DNA from: Octopus vulgaris
Lineage: Eukaryota
DNA: 64,000 nucleotides
Assembly: GCA_951406725.2 (NCBI GenBank)
Contig: OX597827.1
Coordinates: 30,504,001 to 30,568,000, forward strand
Direction of reading: 5' to 3'
This document shows, in pieces, positions 39,301-50,643 of this stretch. Within the stretch, counting starts at the first letter, position 1; every line of letters begins with the position of its first letter. Under the pieces are notes generated by a model. The model did no database searches, was not told the DNA's origin, and was given only the letters and a program-made list of their open reading frames with translations. Made by a program: the position numbers and the translations under genes.

Positions 39301-39512
39301 GTGGCTATTGGTGACGAGTCAATAGCGTGCAAGATGACGTTAGATCGCTTTGGCCTGTCAGTTGTGCAACGCAGAGGCCAAATACTGCAACAAGAACCAG
39401 TGTCTACCATGAAGTTTTTCTTCGACACTAGATCTTTAACAAAGAATGCACGATAACCAGAAAATGTTGTGGAGGAAGTTGACGTGCTCAAATTCTCCGA
39501 ATCTAGTTTAAA
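36301..39512 (-). pseudogene. pol: Gypsy pol (protease, RT, RNase H, integrase) split by a 1-bp frameshift near 38840
   Basis: VDTGS protease, YVDD RT, DASE/RELLAI RNase H, HHCC and DDE integrase ([21 protein letters not shown]), PYKGPF; SPWASP|LHLV broken between ORFs 38829..39491 and 36301..38850. Confidence 0.92.
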
Positions 39513-40231
39513 GACTTATAAGTGCATGGCTGTGTGCACCTATGTGCATTCTCTCCATACTTGGAGTGGGACCAACACAGTCCAGACTTAGACTGTGTTG
39601 ATCTCGAGGATGAACGACTGCGACTTCGCGATTTTGAAGATCGCTTACCATCGCGACACATCGCGTCCATCCTTTTAGTGAGGGTTTCTATTAGTTTAGA
39701 AAGCCCCTCAATTGAGGCCGAAGAGGTCTGTGAACAGGCACAAGCAGACCGTGACGATGGTTGAACGGCAAATTCAACCATCTTATCAGCCATCATTGCT
39801 ATTTGGTCCACTGTATTTGTCTCTAAGCCGGTTGCCAAAACGGTCTGTATATAGGCAGGCAACCTCGAAAAAAAAATCTTCCGAAGGAGTGGGGCATCTG
39901 ATGCATTACCACTTAACTCCCTCAGTCTTCGTAAAAATTCTGACGGAGTTCTGTCCCCTAGTTGCTCATCTGCCATTAACTCGTTGAAACGACTTTCCTC
40001 GCTTCGTGTATTTCTTTTTTCAACCTCTAATTTAACAGACGCATAAGTAGCGCCTGGACTAGGGTCTGTAATAAGGTCCCTTGCTGAAGATGCCAGTTGC
40101 GGCGGCATGCAACCATAAAGGATTTGCAACTGCTGCTCGGGAGTAATACTTTGTGCACGAAATTGTGCCTCTAACTGTGAAAACCACAGTGTGGCATCAC
40201 CTGTAAAAGTAGGTAACGAACCCATAAACAT
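39503..40231 (-). CDS. gag: Gypsy gag
   Basis: LP.F.GD..LWF.Q.EAQF, LGDR.PS.FLRRLRELS, C-terminal CWSHSKYGENAHRCTQPC. Confidence 0.88.
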   Translation of the reverse strand: MFMGSLPTFTGDATLWFSQLEAQFRAQSITPEQQLQILYGCMPPQLASSARDLITDPSPGATYASVKLEVEKRNTRSEESRFNELMADEQLGDRTPSEFLRRLRELSGNASDAPLLRKIFFSRLPAYIQTVLATGLETNTVDQIAMMADKMVEFAVQPSSRSACACSQTSSASIEGLSKLIETLTKRMDAMCRDGKRSSKSRSRSRSSSRSTQSKSGLCWSHSKYGENAHRCTQPCTYKSLN

Positions 40232-40665
40232 TTTGTAGCCTTTTATTCACTAGATGACTCTGTCAAATGGAAAAAAGAAAAACTGACAACGAACCAACGC
40301 TGAACAGTCGCAACAAGGAAAAACAAAGGGAAAAAAGAAAGGAAGAAAGAAAGAAAGACCAACAATTGAACCAATAAATTTTGAATGTGCAATTTACAAA
40401 AAAAAAATTTTTTTTTTTTTTTGTACTGTGTGCACAGAGAATAGAAAAAAAATTCTTTTCTTTTTTTTTTTTTTACCAACCTTCGTCGCGTTTTAATCGA
40501 GAAAAAAAATTTCTTCTCTTTTTTTTTTTTTTCCGTGCGTGAGTGCAGATGAAGAAACAAACTGTTGAAAGGGACTAGAAAACAGGTTGGTCGTGTTTCA
40601 GACTTGGCAGAAAAACTGGATTTTTTTCTTTTCGTGAGTGTTCTCTGGAACTTCGGGGTCACTAC

Positions 40666-41242
40666 TGTAAGCAATATGTGAATATCTCCGCTTGCACTTT
40701 TGGGGTGCAAGTTGGTGCAATCACTTTCCGTTGCTTTTATATCCAGACTCTACCAGTCAAAGAAACACAAAACGCAGACGTAAAAAATAGATATACTTTA
40801 TTGTTTTATACCGGTGAGAAATCAGTGGTATATCTGATGTCCTTGGTTCTGGGCGCGCAAGGCTGAAAGTTAATCGATTGTAATATTTACAATGTTCAGC
40901 CGCCAAAAACAGAACGGGTCAAAAATGGCGTCCGGGTGAAGAAGATGATTTGACTGCAACAATTCAGGTTAAAAGTCTTCGGCCAAAAGACTGCTGCTAT
41001 CAAAACCGGAGAGAGAGCGAATTAAACGTCTGCTTCGATGAAAAGGCTGCCACTGTCTGTCTGACGCTAATGGTCAACGCTTTACGCTCCCTTGCCTCTT
41101 TGTTAAGGCTCACGCTCCCTTGCTAAGGCCACGTCAGCAAGGCCACGTCAGCTAAGGCCACGTCAGCAAAATTCCCTCTTTCGGACTTCGTGTATTCGCG
41201 AGAGGGCGTTGCGCGCGCGCGCTGTTGTATAGGGTGACTACA
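40666..41242 (-). repeat. 5' LTR (577 bp)
   Basis: Near-identical to 35482-36087; 3 copies of the GCTGACGTGGCCTT unit. Confidence 0.95.
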
Positions 41243-42051
41243 CATACATACATTGCATTACATTGCAATGCATTACATTACATACATATGTACATTGTGT
41301 ATATATGTACATGTGTGTGAAGTGAAGGTGTGTGGATTTGTGGTTAGTGTATTTGGCTCCTGATCATAAGCTCGTGAGTTCAATTTCTGACAGAGTGTTG
41401 TATCTTTGAGCAAGGTACTTTATTTGAAGTTGCTCTAGTCCATTCAGCTAGGGAAAGTGAGTAGTACCTGTATTTCAAAGAGACAACACATTCTGTCATA
41501 TTAGAACCGTATCAATGATCAAGCAATCCTGTATCACACGACAGTTTGTTATAGCTTATTAGTATTTATATTTTTTCTTGTTACAAACACTGAATTTAAG
41601 CATGATGGTTCATTATGTTAGACAGTAGTAGGGCAGCTTATCAGCTGGTGGTTAAATTACTACAAAGTTATTTGTGATCTTCCCAGTTGTTGAAGTCATG
41701 CCTCAGCAGACAGTTGGAGTCTGGACAGCTTCCTGCTAGCCAGCTCCACATCAAACCATCCAACCCATGGCAGCATGGAAGGAGGATGCTAAATGATAAT
41801 GACGATGATATGACAGGGACACAAGTATAACTGTTAGATCATATTAGTAAACCATTTGTATAGCATTAATCAGATAGAATAAGAAACGAGACTTCTTTGG
41901 TTGAATCCATATATGCAAGTGAGTCTGTACACATAAGTGTGTGTGTACCAACTTTTTGGTATAATGTATATGACAATGATGGCTAAAGATATTATTATGA
42001 TGATGAGAATGCAAAAAGGAAAAACACATTGAATGAACATTTCCAGCTAAC

Positions 42052-42304
42052 CTGTTTTGTTCATCTTGTAACATGATCTGGCCTTTGTTCTTCTGTAGCA
42101 GTTCTTTTTTCCATTTGTTCATTGTGGCTGCCATGGAAGCTGGATCTTGTTCATCACCTGGCCGTAATGTGGCATTTATGTCCCATTCTTTAGAAGTTTC
42201 ATGAAAATTAGGTTGTTTCCTTAGCATAGGGCTGGAAATGTACTTCTTCACCAAAGTTTTGTTAAATGCTTTACTTTGGATTTTTTGTCTTGAGTGTCCT
42301 GATG
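42052..42304 (-). CDS. UVSSA: UVSSA exon (...GDEQDPASMAATMNKWKK...)
   Basis: DP.S.AA motif; phase 1 in / 2 out joins neighbours; overlaps ORF 41844..42254. Confidence 0.8.
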
Positions 42305-42435
42305 CTTATAGAAGACAAATGAGAGAATAAAATAATGTTAGATATTATAAGCACCAAATAGATACAAAATAAGTGAATCAGGCTTACCAACAGTATTCAA
42401 ACTAGATAACTATCATTTACTGGGCAATTGTACAA

Positions 42436-42718
42436 ATAATAATAATAATGAAATTATTGTGTACAGAGCTCAGGTGCACTACAACTCATCGAAGGTGCAC
42501 GTACAGTACATAGAATTATGTACAAAAGTCAGGAAAGTGAACAGTGTAAAATTAACGATATACATGTGTGCATGCGTATGGAGGGGAGGATATCAGGTGT
42601 AGTATTGGCAAATTTCAGGAAGCATGGAGGTTTTAAAGAATGCAATGTCTCAGCAACTGACAACTGATGCAGGTAGTTTGTTCCATGCTTCAGCAACTGT
42701 GAGTGTGAAAAATTTTTT
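42436..42718 (-). mobile_element. 3' end fragment of another CR1-type LINE
   Basis: Minus strand reads FTLTVAEAWNKLPASVV; ends in a (TTA)n tail. Confidence 0.65.
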
Positions 42719-42734
42719 TAATTAGTATATCCTT

Positions 42735-44004
42735 AAAATAGAAACAGACATTTTCTACAAAGCCACAGACGCCAAACAATACCTTCTCTTTAATTCATGC
42801 CACCTAAGACACACTAAAACAAACATCCCCTTCAACCTTGCAAGAAGGATATGCACAATAGTGTCAGAACAAAATACCAGGAACTTTAGACTGCAAGAAC
42901 TCAAAAACACCCTAATTGACAGACATTACCCAGCTCAACTCATAGAGGATGGGATCAGACGTGCAACAGAAATCAACATAGAAACTTTAAGAAAAGTTCA
43001 ACACAACAACACACCTTCCCCGAAAATACTACCTTACATATCTACATACAACCCCAGAAACAAAGAAGCCTTCACCATCATCACCCAGAATTTACCAATA
43101 CTTCATAAAAACCCCAAATTAAAGGAAATTCTAAACACACACCAAATCATTAAAAGCTACAAACAGCCCAAATCACTTAAAAAGATTCTCACAAAGGCAA
43201 AATTGTCTTCTGAAACTACGGATGCAAAAGTAAAAAAATATGGTAGATTGAACTGTGCAACATGTCCTAACCTGCTTGAAGGATCAGAATTCCTCTTTAA
43301 AGAGGGACAGAAATTCAAGATCAAATCTAACTTTACTTGTGCCTCTGAAAACATAATTTATGTCATAAAATGCTCGGGCTGCCACCAAGACTACGTGGGG
43401 TCCACGGGACTATCACTCAGACGTAGATGCACACTGCATCGACAACAGATTGCATTCCCAGAATATAGAATGATACCTTTTAGTGAGCACATTGAGAAAT
43501 GCGCAAAGCAACTACTACCACAATTTTTAATCTTTCCATTTTACCAATGTGCTTTCGGATCATCAACACAAATTAGACTAAACAAGGAAACATTCTTCAT
43601 TGAAAAGTACAAGCCCAGACTCAACCATCCGAACATACTGATACAGAGAAATTCACATTAAGGGAAAAGGAAAAAAATTTTTAAACGATTATCTCCCTTA
43701 CACCGGAAGAAATCACCCACTACCTTCCCTTATTTAGAACTCTCCGGAGCATAAACACAAGGATAACTCTATCCAACATAAACATAACGTCACAAGAAAT
43801 TTGAAAAGCTAAATGCGAAACCGGTCTTTCTTTAAAAATTGTCATTATAAAGAGAAAAAAAAATTTTTTTTTAATTTTCTAATATTCTTCAGACATATTG
43901 ACGCAAATATATATATTTTTTAACATTTAAGCCTTCTGTCGTTTTTTCACTCTTTACTATTTTTTATATATTCACCCACGTGCTTTCACAAACCAACTTT
44001 CTTA

Positions 44005-44005
<1 letters not shown>
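42735..44005 (+). mobile_element. 5'-truncated Penelope-like element (RT thumb + GIY-YIG endonuclease + 3' region)
   Basis: TDIFYK.TD..QYL.F.SCH..HTK.NIPFNLARRI; C..C linker; NIIYVIKC..C...YVGST; ORF 42861..43661. Confidence 0.9.
43794..43832 (+). ncRNA. Minimal type I hammerhead-ribozyme-like motif (U3-A8 core) in the Penelope 3' region
   Basis: AAGAAA-T-TTGAAAA-GC-TAAAT-GC-GAAA-CCGG-TC-TTTCTT. Confidence 0.6.
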
Positions 44006-44044
<39 letters not shown>

Positions 44045-44955
44045 CACACACACACACATATATATATATATATCACTATCTGGATGACTGTATTATCAAG
44101 TACACTACAGAGGATCTGCTATTCCCTCCTTTTCTCTCCAGTGAGGTACATAAATCTATTTTCCAGTTGCTTTTGCCTTACAACTCTTTATTATTTTCAC
44201 AAGGTAATTAATTAACTTATCAAGCAGGAGAGTTTATACTCCATGTTGAAATACTATAGAGTACAGACTCTAAAGGACAAAATAACCATTTCCCGCTACA
44301 ACTTGTCTCAATTCATTCATAAGAAGGGGAGTAGTTACTAGAAAGTTCTGAAAAACTGGAATATATTAGTCACAGTATCATTGTGACATCAATTGTTATT
44401 ATTGCTGTAATTGTTAGGCTTTTTTTTTCTCTCTTTTAGTCAGAAGGGAAAGCTGTACCTAAAACTCTTTATGCAGTCATTCTGATGGTTAGGAGGAATG
44501 GAGGAATGCCTATAGCGGAGTGGACCTAGCTAAAAGCCTCCAAGTTGTCAGGTGTCATTCTTAACCCTTTATCACTCAGATTACTCTTCAAATGAATTGG
44601 CCTTTGCCTTTCTCTTGGCTAACATTGGCAGAATAGAGAGGGGAGGCTGGTATGCATGGACGACTGCTGGTCTTCCATAAACCTCACCCAGACTTGTGCT
44701 TTGGAGGGTAATTTTCTAGGTACAATCCCATAGTCATGCATGATCAAAGGGAATCTTTACTCTTTTTATACAGAGGCCATACACAAGTTTGCTTGATTAG
44801 GACTGACCTGAGGCTACATAACAACACAAAAATAAAAATAAAAAATAGAAATAAATATTTAAGAGCTAAAGCAAAATATATTTTAAAATATGTGAAAAGA
44901 GGAAAATAAGATTGAAAAATACTCAAATAAGTCATTTTTAAAAGAAGTGACCTAC

Positions 44956-45033
44956 CAGAGACATTCTTCAAATGTTCAGGTATGTCAGATTCATAACCTT
45001 CTTTTTCTTCAACTTCTTCAAAATCATCGTCAT
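44956..45033 (-). CDS. UVSSA: UVSSA exon (DDDDFEEVEEKEGYESDIPEHLK; TFIIH-interacting/ubiquitinated-Lys motif)
   Basis: Matches the DF.EV.EKEGYE..IP motif; 78 nt, phase 1-1. Confidence 0.92.
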
Positions 45034-45393
45034 CTGTGAAAGTAGAATGTGGAAATTTGACATAAGATTGGATGCCTGTGTTTATGTGAGATACATGCAT
45101 ATGTGTATATATATACACGTGTGTGCATTTGTTTATGTGTGCATGTATGTATATATGTGTGTGTATGTATGTGTATATACATATATATACATATATATTT
45201 CTTTACTGCCTACAAGGGGCTAAACATAGAGGGGACAAACAAGGACAGACAAAGGGATTAAGGGATTACATTGACCCCAGTGTGAAACTGGTACCTTATT
45301 TATTGACCCTGAAAGGATGAAAGGCAAAGTTGACCTCGGCGGAATTTGAAGGTGCTAGGTACCTTAACCGGAATATATATACATATATATACA

Positions 45394-45738
45394 CCTAACT
45401 CCCCAGACTGCAACCCCCTTGATTATCATGTGTGGGGTGCAGTTGAGCAAGAGACCAACAGAACTCCTTGTAATACCAAAGATGAACTGAAGGCAAGGAT
45501 TATGGCAGCATTCACCAACTTAAAGGAGGAGGCCATTCAGAAGAGTTGCAGGAGATTCTGAAGTCGTCTGGAGGCCATGGTTGAAGCCAAAGGCAATTTT
45601 ATTGAATAAATTTACTCTTTAGTATTTCAAGATATTTTTACATAATTTTTACGTAATATCTTTTAAAATGAGATGTCTGTGTTATTTTCATTTTTGCGTA
45701 ATTTAGATGACCATATATTCACAGCACCCTATATATAT
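45394..45738 (+). mobile_element. 3' fragment of a Tc1/mariner-superfamily transposon
   Basis: PNSPDCNPLDYHVWGAVE...ELKARI. Confidence 0.75.
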
Positions 45739-45744
45739 AGGAGC

Positions 45745-46098
45745 TGGCATGGCTGTGTGGTAAGATGTTTGCTTCCTAAGCACATGGTTTCAGGTTCAGT
45801 CTCTCTGTGCAGCACCTTGGGCAAGTGTCCTCTATTGCAGCTTCAGGCTAAATGAAGCCTTGTGAGTGGATTTGGTGGACAGAATCTGAAAGAAGCCTCT
45901 ATATGTGTGTATTTGTCTCCCACTACTGCTTCACAACTGGTGTTGGTGTGTTTTATGTTTCTGTAACTTAATGGTTTGACAAAAGGGATTGATGGAATAA
46001 ATACCAAGTTCACAAGGAAATAATAATAAGTACAGGGGTCAATTCGTTTGATGAAAATCATTCAAGGTGGTGCCCCAAATAAGTAAAAGATAAAAGAT
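45745..46098 (+). mobile_element. tRNA-derived SINE family B (representative copy)
   Basis: GGCTGTGTGGTAAG...GGTTCAGTC...CCTTGGGCAAGTG head, central microsatellite, AAGTAAAAGAT tail; copies near 10670, 17820, 22940/23890, 34680(-), 53735/54490, 54630(-). Confidence 0.8.
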
Positions 46099-46426
46099 AT
46101 ATATATGATGAACTTCCACACAGTTTTTGTTTGCCAAATTCCACAACAAGGCATTGGTGTACCCAGGGCAATAGTAAATGACAATAGCCCAACATACCAT
46201 GCAATTGTACTGAATTCAAACTCATGTTTCAGTGCTCTGCACTTTCACAGATGAGTGGAATAAAACAAAATCTCCTTACTTGAAAAGACAAGTAGAGGTT
46301 AACAGCAGGAAAGGTATCAGGCTGCAAAAATAATACATCAGTAATATGTTCTCATCTTATCCATGCTAGCATAGAAAAACTGATGTAAAAACCAGATATA
46401 CAAAAACGAATAAAGGTATATAAAGG

Positions 46427-48726
46427 CATCGGTCTGGGCAGCAGCCATCTATGCTAGATCTGGTATTCTCCTGCTATCCAAGATCAGTGTCAGACGTATC
46501 TGTGTGCGCCCCTCTTGCCAAGAGTGATCATGTGGTCCTGAAGTTCGTCATGCATACAACTTTTTCCACGCCCACGATTACTTCGCTGCCACGTAGAGTC
46601 TTCTCTGCAATTAATCTTGAAATTCTAACCGAGGCTTCAGCGCTTCTGGACTGGCGATCCCTGATGACGTTGTCCTCAGTTGACGAACTATGGTCATCCC
46701 TCAAAGCATATGTAATCTGTTTGACTGACCAGGCAGTTCCCGTTGGGCTTCCCAAGAGGAAGAAACACAAGCCCTGGGTGACGAAGAAGGTTAAACGAGA
46801 ACGTCGACTCAGAGATATTGCTTGGGCTGAATTCAAAAATCTGGATTCGACTGCAGCTTTTGAGGTGTACAAAACTCAACGAGACCGAGCCGTGAAAATT
46901 GAAAAGAAAGAACGCTTCAGTTATGAATACAAAATCGCGGCAAATGCCAGTAGCAATCCAAAAACCTTTGCCCATGTCCAGCGGAATTCCCGCTTGAACA
47001 ACCAGATTGCAACGTTGGTAGACTCAACAGGTGTATCGATTGAGGACCCTTATCAACAGAGTCAATTATTTGCCGAGGCTTTTTCAACTATTTTCAAACA
47101 AGATGATGGTCGTGAACCCCCTCCATTTGATAGATCGGTACCTCCAATGCTTCGATTGATCATCACGCGGGACGAAGTCAAACGTGTTATTCAAGGCCTC
47201 GATGTCAACAAGGGTCACGGCCCTGACGGCATACACCCACGGGTTATCAAAGCGTTGGCTCCGGTCATCTGCGAGCCCTTAACACGACTATTCAATATGT
47301 CATTGGCGACGGGTGTTATACCTGCAGACTGGAGAACAGCGATAATCTGCCCAATTTTCAAGAAAGGGAGCCGCGAAGACTCGCTTAACTACCGACCGGT
47401 TTCCCTTACATCAATAATCAGCAAGATGTTCGAAACCATCCTTAAGAAAAGTATGATGCTCCACCTCTTAAACACAGCCTCGATCTCCTGATTCCCAACA
47501 CAGCTTCGTGCCGAAGAGATCATGCTTGACCAACTTACTAGTAATGGAAGAATTGGTGACGCGCATCCTCGATGATAGTGATGCTGTTGACATCGTTTTA
47601 TTGGACTTTGCCAAAGCTTTTGACTCGGTAAACCACCGCCTACTACTTGTCAAGCTTCAAGCATATAGTTTCCATCCGGATATTGTACGATGGGTTGGTG
47701 CCTTCCTCTCAGATCGCTCCTTCCAAGTTCAAGTTAATGGTTCGCGGTCCGACGTCTCCAGTGCAAGCAGTGGCGTGCCTCAAGGTTCAGTGCTTGGGCC
47801 CTTGTTGTTCTTAGTCTTCATAAATGACTTGCCCGACGACCTCACGCAACACACCCTTCTATTTGCCGACGATATCAAACTGGTCGCTCCTCGCGGTAGT
47901 ATAGAGGATCTTCGTCGATGCCTCCACCAAATTTGGAAGTGGTCTAACGATTGGGACCTGTGTCTGAACGTGTCAAAGTGCTGTCATCTGCCTGTCGGCT
48001 CTACTCCTGCAACTCAACTTGATTTCGAGCCGGGTCGTCTGCTGCTGGAGAGGACCGATCAGGTAAAGGACCTGGGTATCTTGGTGGATTCCTCCTTTTC
48101 GCCTTCGGCCCAGTGCGTCCATGCTGCCAACAAAGCACGCGGAATTCTGTTTTTGATTCGACGGTCATTCGGAATGCTCACAGCAGCCATATTCCTGCCA
48201 CTCTATGTCACGCTGGTGAGACCCATATTGGAGTATGGGATTCAAGCCTCTTCTCCTTATCTCCTCAAAGACATACAGCATCTCGAAAGAGTCCAGAGGC
48301 TGGCTACCCGCATGGTTCATGGTCTCAAAAATTTGTCCTACGAAGAAAGGCTGAGGACGCTCGACCTTTATTCTCTTGAAAAACGCCGCCGCCGTGGTGA
48401 TCTCATTCTCGCCCACAACATCATAAGCGGGAAGTGTAACCTCTCGAAAGAGCTGTTCTTCACTCCTGCTCCGGAGCGTGGGCTGCGGGGTCATTCCGAA
48501 AAGCTCTACCTGCGACGATTTCATCTCAATCGAAGGAGAGGAGCTTTCTCCGTCCGGGTTGCAGATCCGTGGAACAAGCTGCCAGACGAGATGGTGAAGA
48601 TGCCGACGACCGCTTTGTTCAAAGCCTCCCTGGACCTCAAGTGGCCTGAACTCTTTACATGAACACCACCCTGTACTTAACTCCATGTCCCCCTACATGG
48701 CCTTGCTATTTGCTTTTGAGCCAAAT

Positions 48727-48757
<31 letters not shown>
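46427..48757 (+). mobile_element. 5'-truncated CR1-clade LINE with (TAAC)n tail
   Basis: LDLVF/SDH endonuclease end, GPDGIHP, GVPQGSVLGPLLF, FADD, LERVQRLATRMV, WNKLP; one frameshift near 47490. Confidence 0.92.
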
Positions 48758-48856
48758 ATACCATACAAGATAAATTTGTGATTAATTGAAATTGTACTTC
48801 CTTTTGGAAAAGAATAAACAGGCACAAACACAGTAAATAAAATGAAATGAAATTAC

Positions 48857-48992
48857 CTGTTTCATCATCAGTCATGCTTTTAACTCCTTCCAGGTTCAGC
48901 TCATCCAGCTGAGATTTTGTTTTGTCTAACTTTGTCATGGCATCAGTAAGTTTCTTCACTGTTTCATTGTCTGGACCTGTCTTGGATAGTTC
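48857..48992 (-). CDS. UVSSA: UVSSA exon (ELSKTGPDNETVKKLTDAM...TDDET)
   Basis: TTGCAG acceptor, GTAATT donor, phase 0 in / 1 out joins both neighbours. Confidence 0.85.
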
Positions 48993-49467
48993 CTGCAATC
49001 AACAACCAAACATACGGAGACTAGAACGTTGTACATATTAGGCTACAATTTATTCAATCAAACACAGGTTATAATACATATATATACATATATTCATATA
49101 CATACATACACATACATATATATACATACATATAGACAAATGTGAAGGCACAATGGCCCAGTGGTTAGGGGAGCGGACTCGAAGTCATAGGATTGTGGTT
49201 TCGATACCCAGACCGGGTGTTGTAAGTGTTTATTGAGCAAAAACACCTAAAGCTCCACGTGGCTCCAGCAGGGGGTGGTGGCGATCCCTACTGTACTCTT
49301 TCGCCACAACTTTCTCTCACTCTTTGTTCTGTTGGCCTGCTCACTTAGCCAGTGGGGTGGCGTCATTTGAAGCACATTGTGACCAGCGATGTGTAGCAAC
49401 ATCTGATAGCCTGGTCGATCACAGTGATCACAGTGATATAGACACATACATATATATACATCCACTC

Positions 49468-50643
49468 TGTCACTTTCCGGGGGGAAAAACTAGGAGTAGT
49501 TGATAGCTTCCGCTATCTAGGTGACCAAGTCAGTAGTGGGGGTGGGTGCGCTGAAAGTGTAACTGCTAGAATAAGAATAGCCTGGGCAAAGTTTAGGGAG
49601 CTCTTACCTCTGCTGGTGACTAAAGGCCTCTCGCTCAGAGTAAAAGGCAGACTGTATGATGCATGTGTACAAACAGCTATGCTACATGGCAGTGAAACAT
49701 GGGCCGTGACTGCTGAGGACATGCGTAAGCTCGTGAGGAACGAAGCCAGTATGCTCCGATGGATGTGTAATGTCAGTGTACTTACTCGACAGAGCGTTAG
49801 TACCTTGAGAGAAATGTTGTACCTAAGAAGCATCAGTTGTTGTGTGCAAGAGAGACGATTGCGCTGGTATGGTCATGTGGCGAGAATGGATGAAGATAGG
49901 TGTGTGAGAAAGTGCCAATCCCTAGCAGTTGAGGGAACCCGTGGAAGAGGTAGACCCAGGAAAACCTGGGACAAGGTGGTGAAGCACGACCTTCGGACGT
50001 TAGGTCTCACCATGGAAATGACTAGAGACCGAGACCTATGGAAGTATGCTGTGCGTGAGAAGACCCGGCAAGACTAGTGAAGCCATAATCCGTGGCCCCT
50101 ACCTGGGACGTAGTCAGTCCACCTGTGCATACCTTCCTTCTTGTGACACTTGTGAAGACCTGTTGAGGCAAGTGAGAATCGAATCGTATCGAATCAAATC
50201 GAACCAAATCAAAATAGATGAACATCAATGGAATTTGTATCCTTGTGGTACCAGTGCCGGTGGCACATAAGAAAACCATCCGAACGTGACCGTAGCCAGT
50301 ACCGCAATGACTGGCCTCCGTGCTGAGGGCACGTAACAAACACCATCCGAGCGTGGCCGTCCGCCAGCCTCGTCTGGCACCTGTGTCGGTGACACATAAG
50401 AAAACACCATCCGAGCGTGGCCGTCTGCCAGCCTCGTCTGGCACCTGTGTCGGTGGCACATAAAATCACCCACTACACTCTCGGAGTGGTTGGCGTTAGG
50501 AAGGGCATCCAGCTGTAGAAACACTGCCACATCTGACTGGCCTGGTGCAGCCTTCGGGCTTCCCAGACCCCAGTTGAACCGTCCAACCCATGCTAGCATG
50601 GAAAGCGGACGTTAAACGATGATGATGATGATGATGATGATGA
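49468..50643 (+). mobile_element. 3' fragment of the same RTE LINE family
   Basis: Closely similar to 58412-59485; ORF 49616..50077; (GAT)n tail. Confidence 0.9.

Larger units (their letters stand above)
35482..41242 (-). mobile_element. Full-length Ty3/Gypsy LTR retrotransposon
   Basis: Two TGT...ACA LTRs (35482-36087, 40666-41242); 4-bp TSD CATA; tRNA-Trp-like PBS (TAGTGACCCCGA) after the 5' LTR; PPT GGAGGGGAG before the 3' LTR; gag and PR-RT-RNaseH-IN order. Confidence 0.96.

Noticed and set aside
40243-40710. 155-aa ORF upstream of gag
   Set aside because: Runs through A/T homopolymers of the retroelement leader; not an env or accessory gene
48165-48686. 173-aa antisense ORF
   Set aside because: Shadow of the CR1 reverse transcriptase ORF
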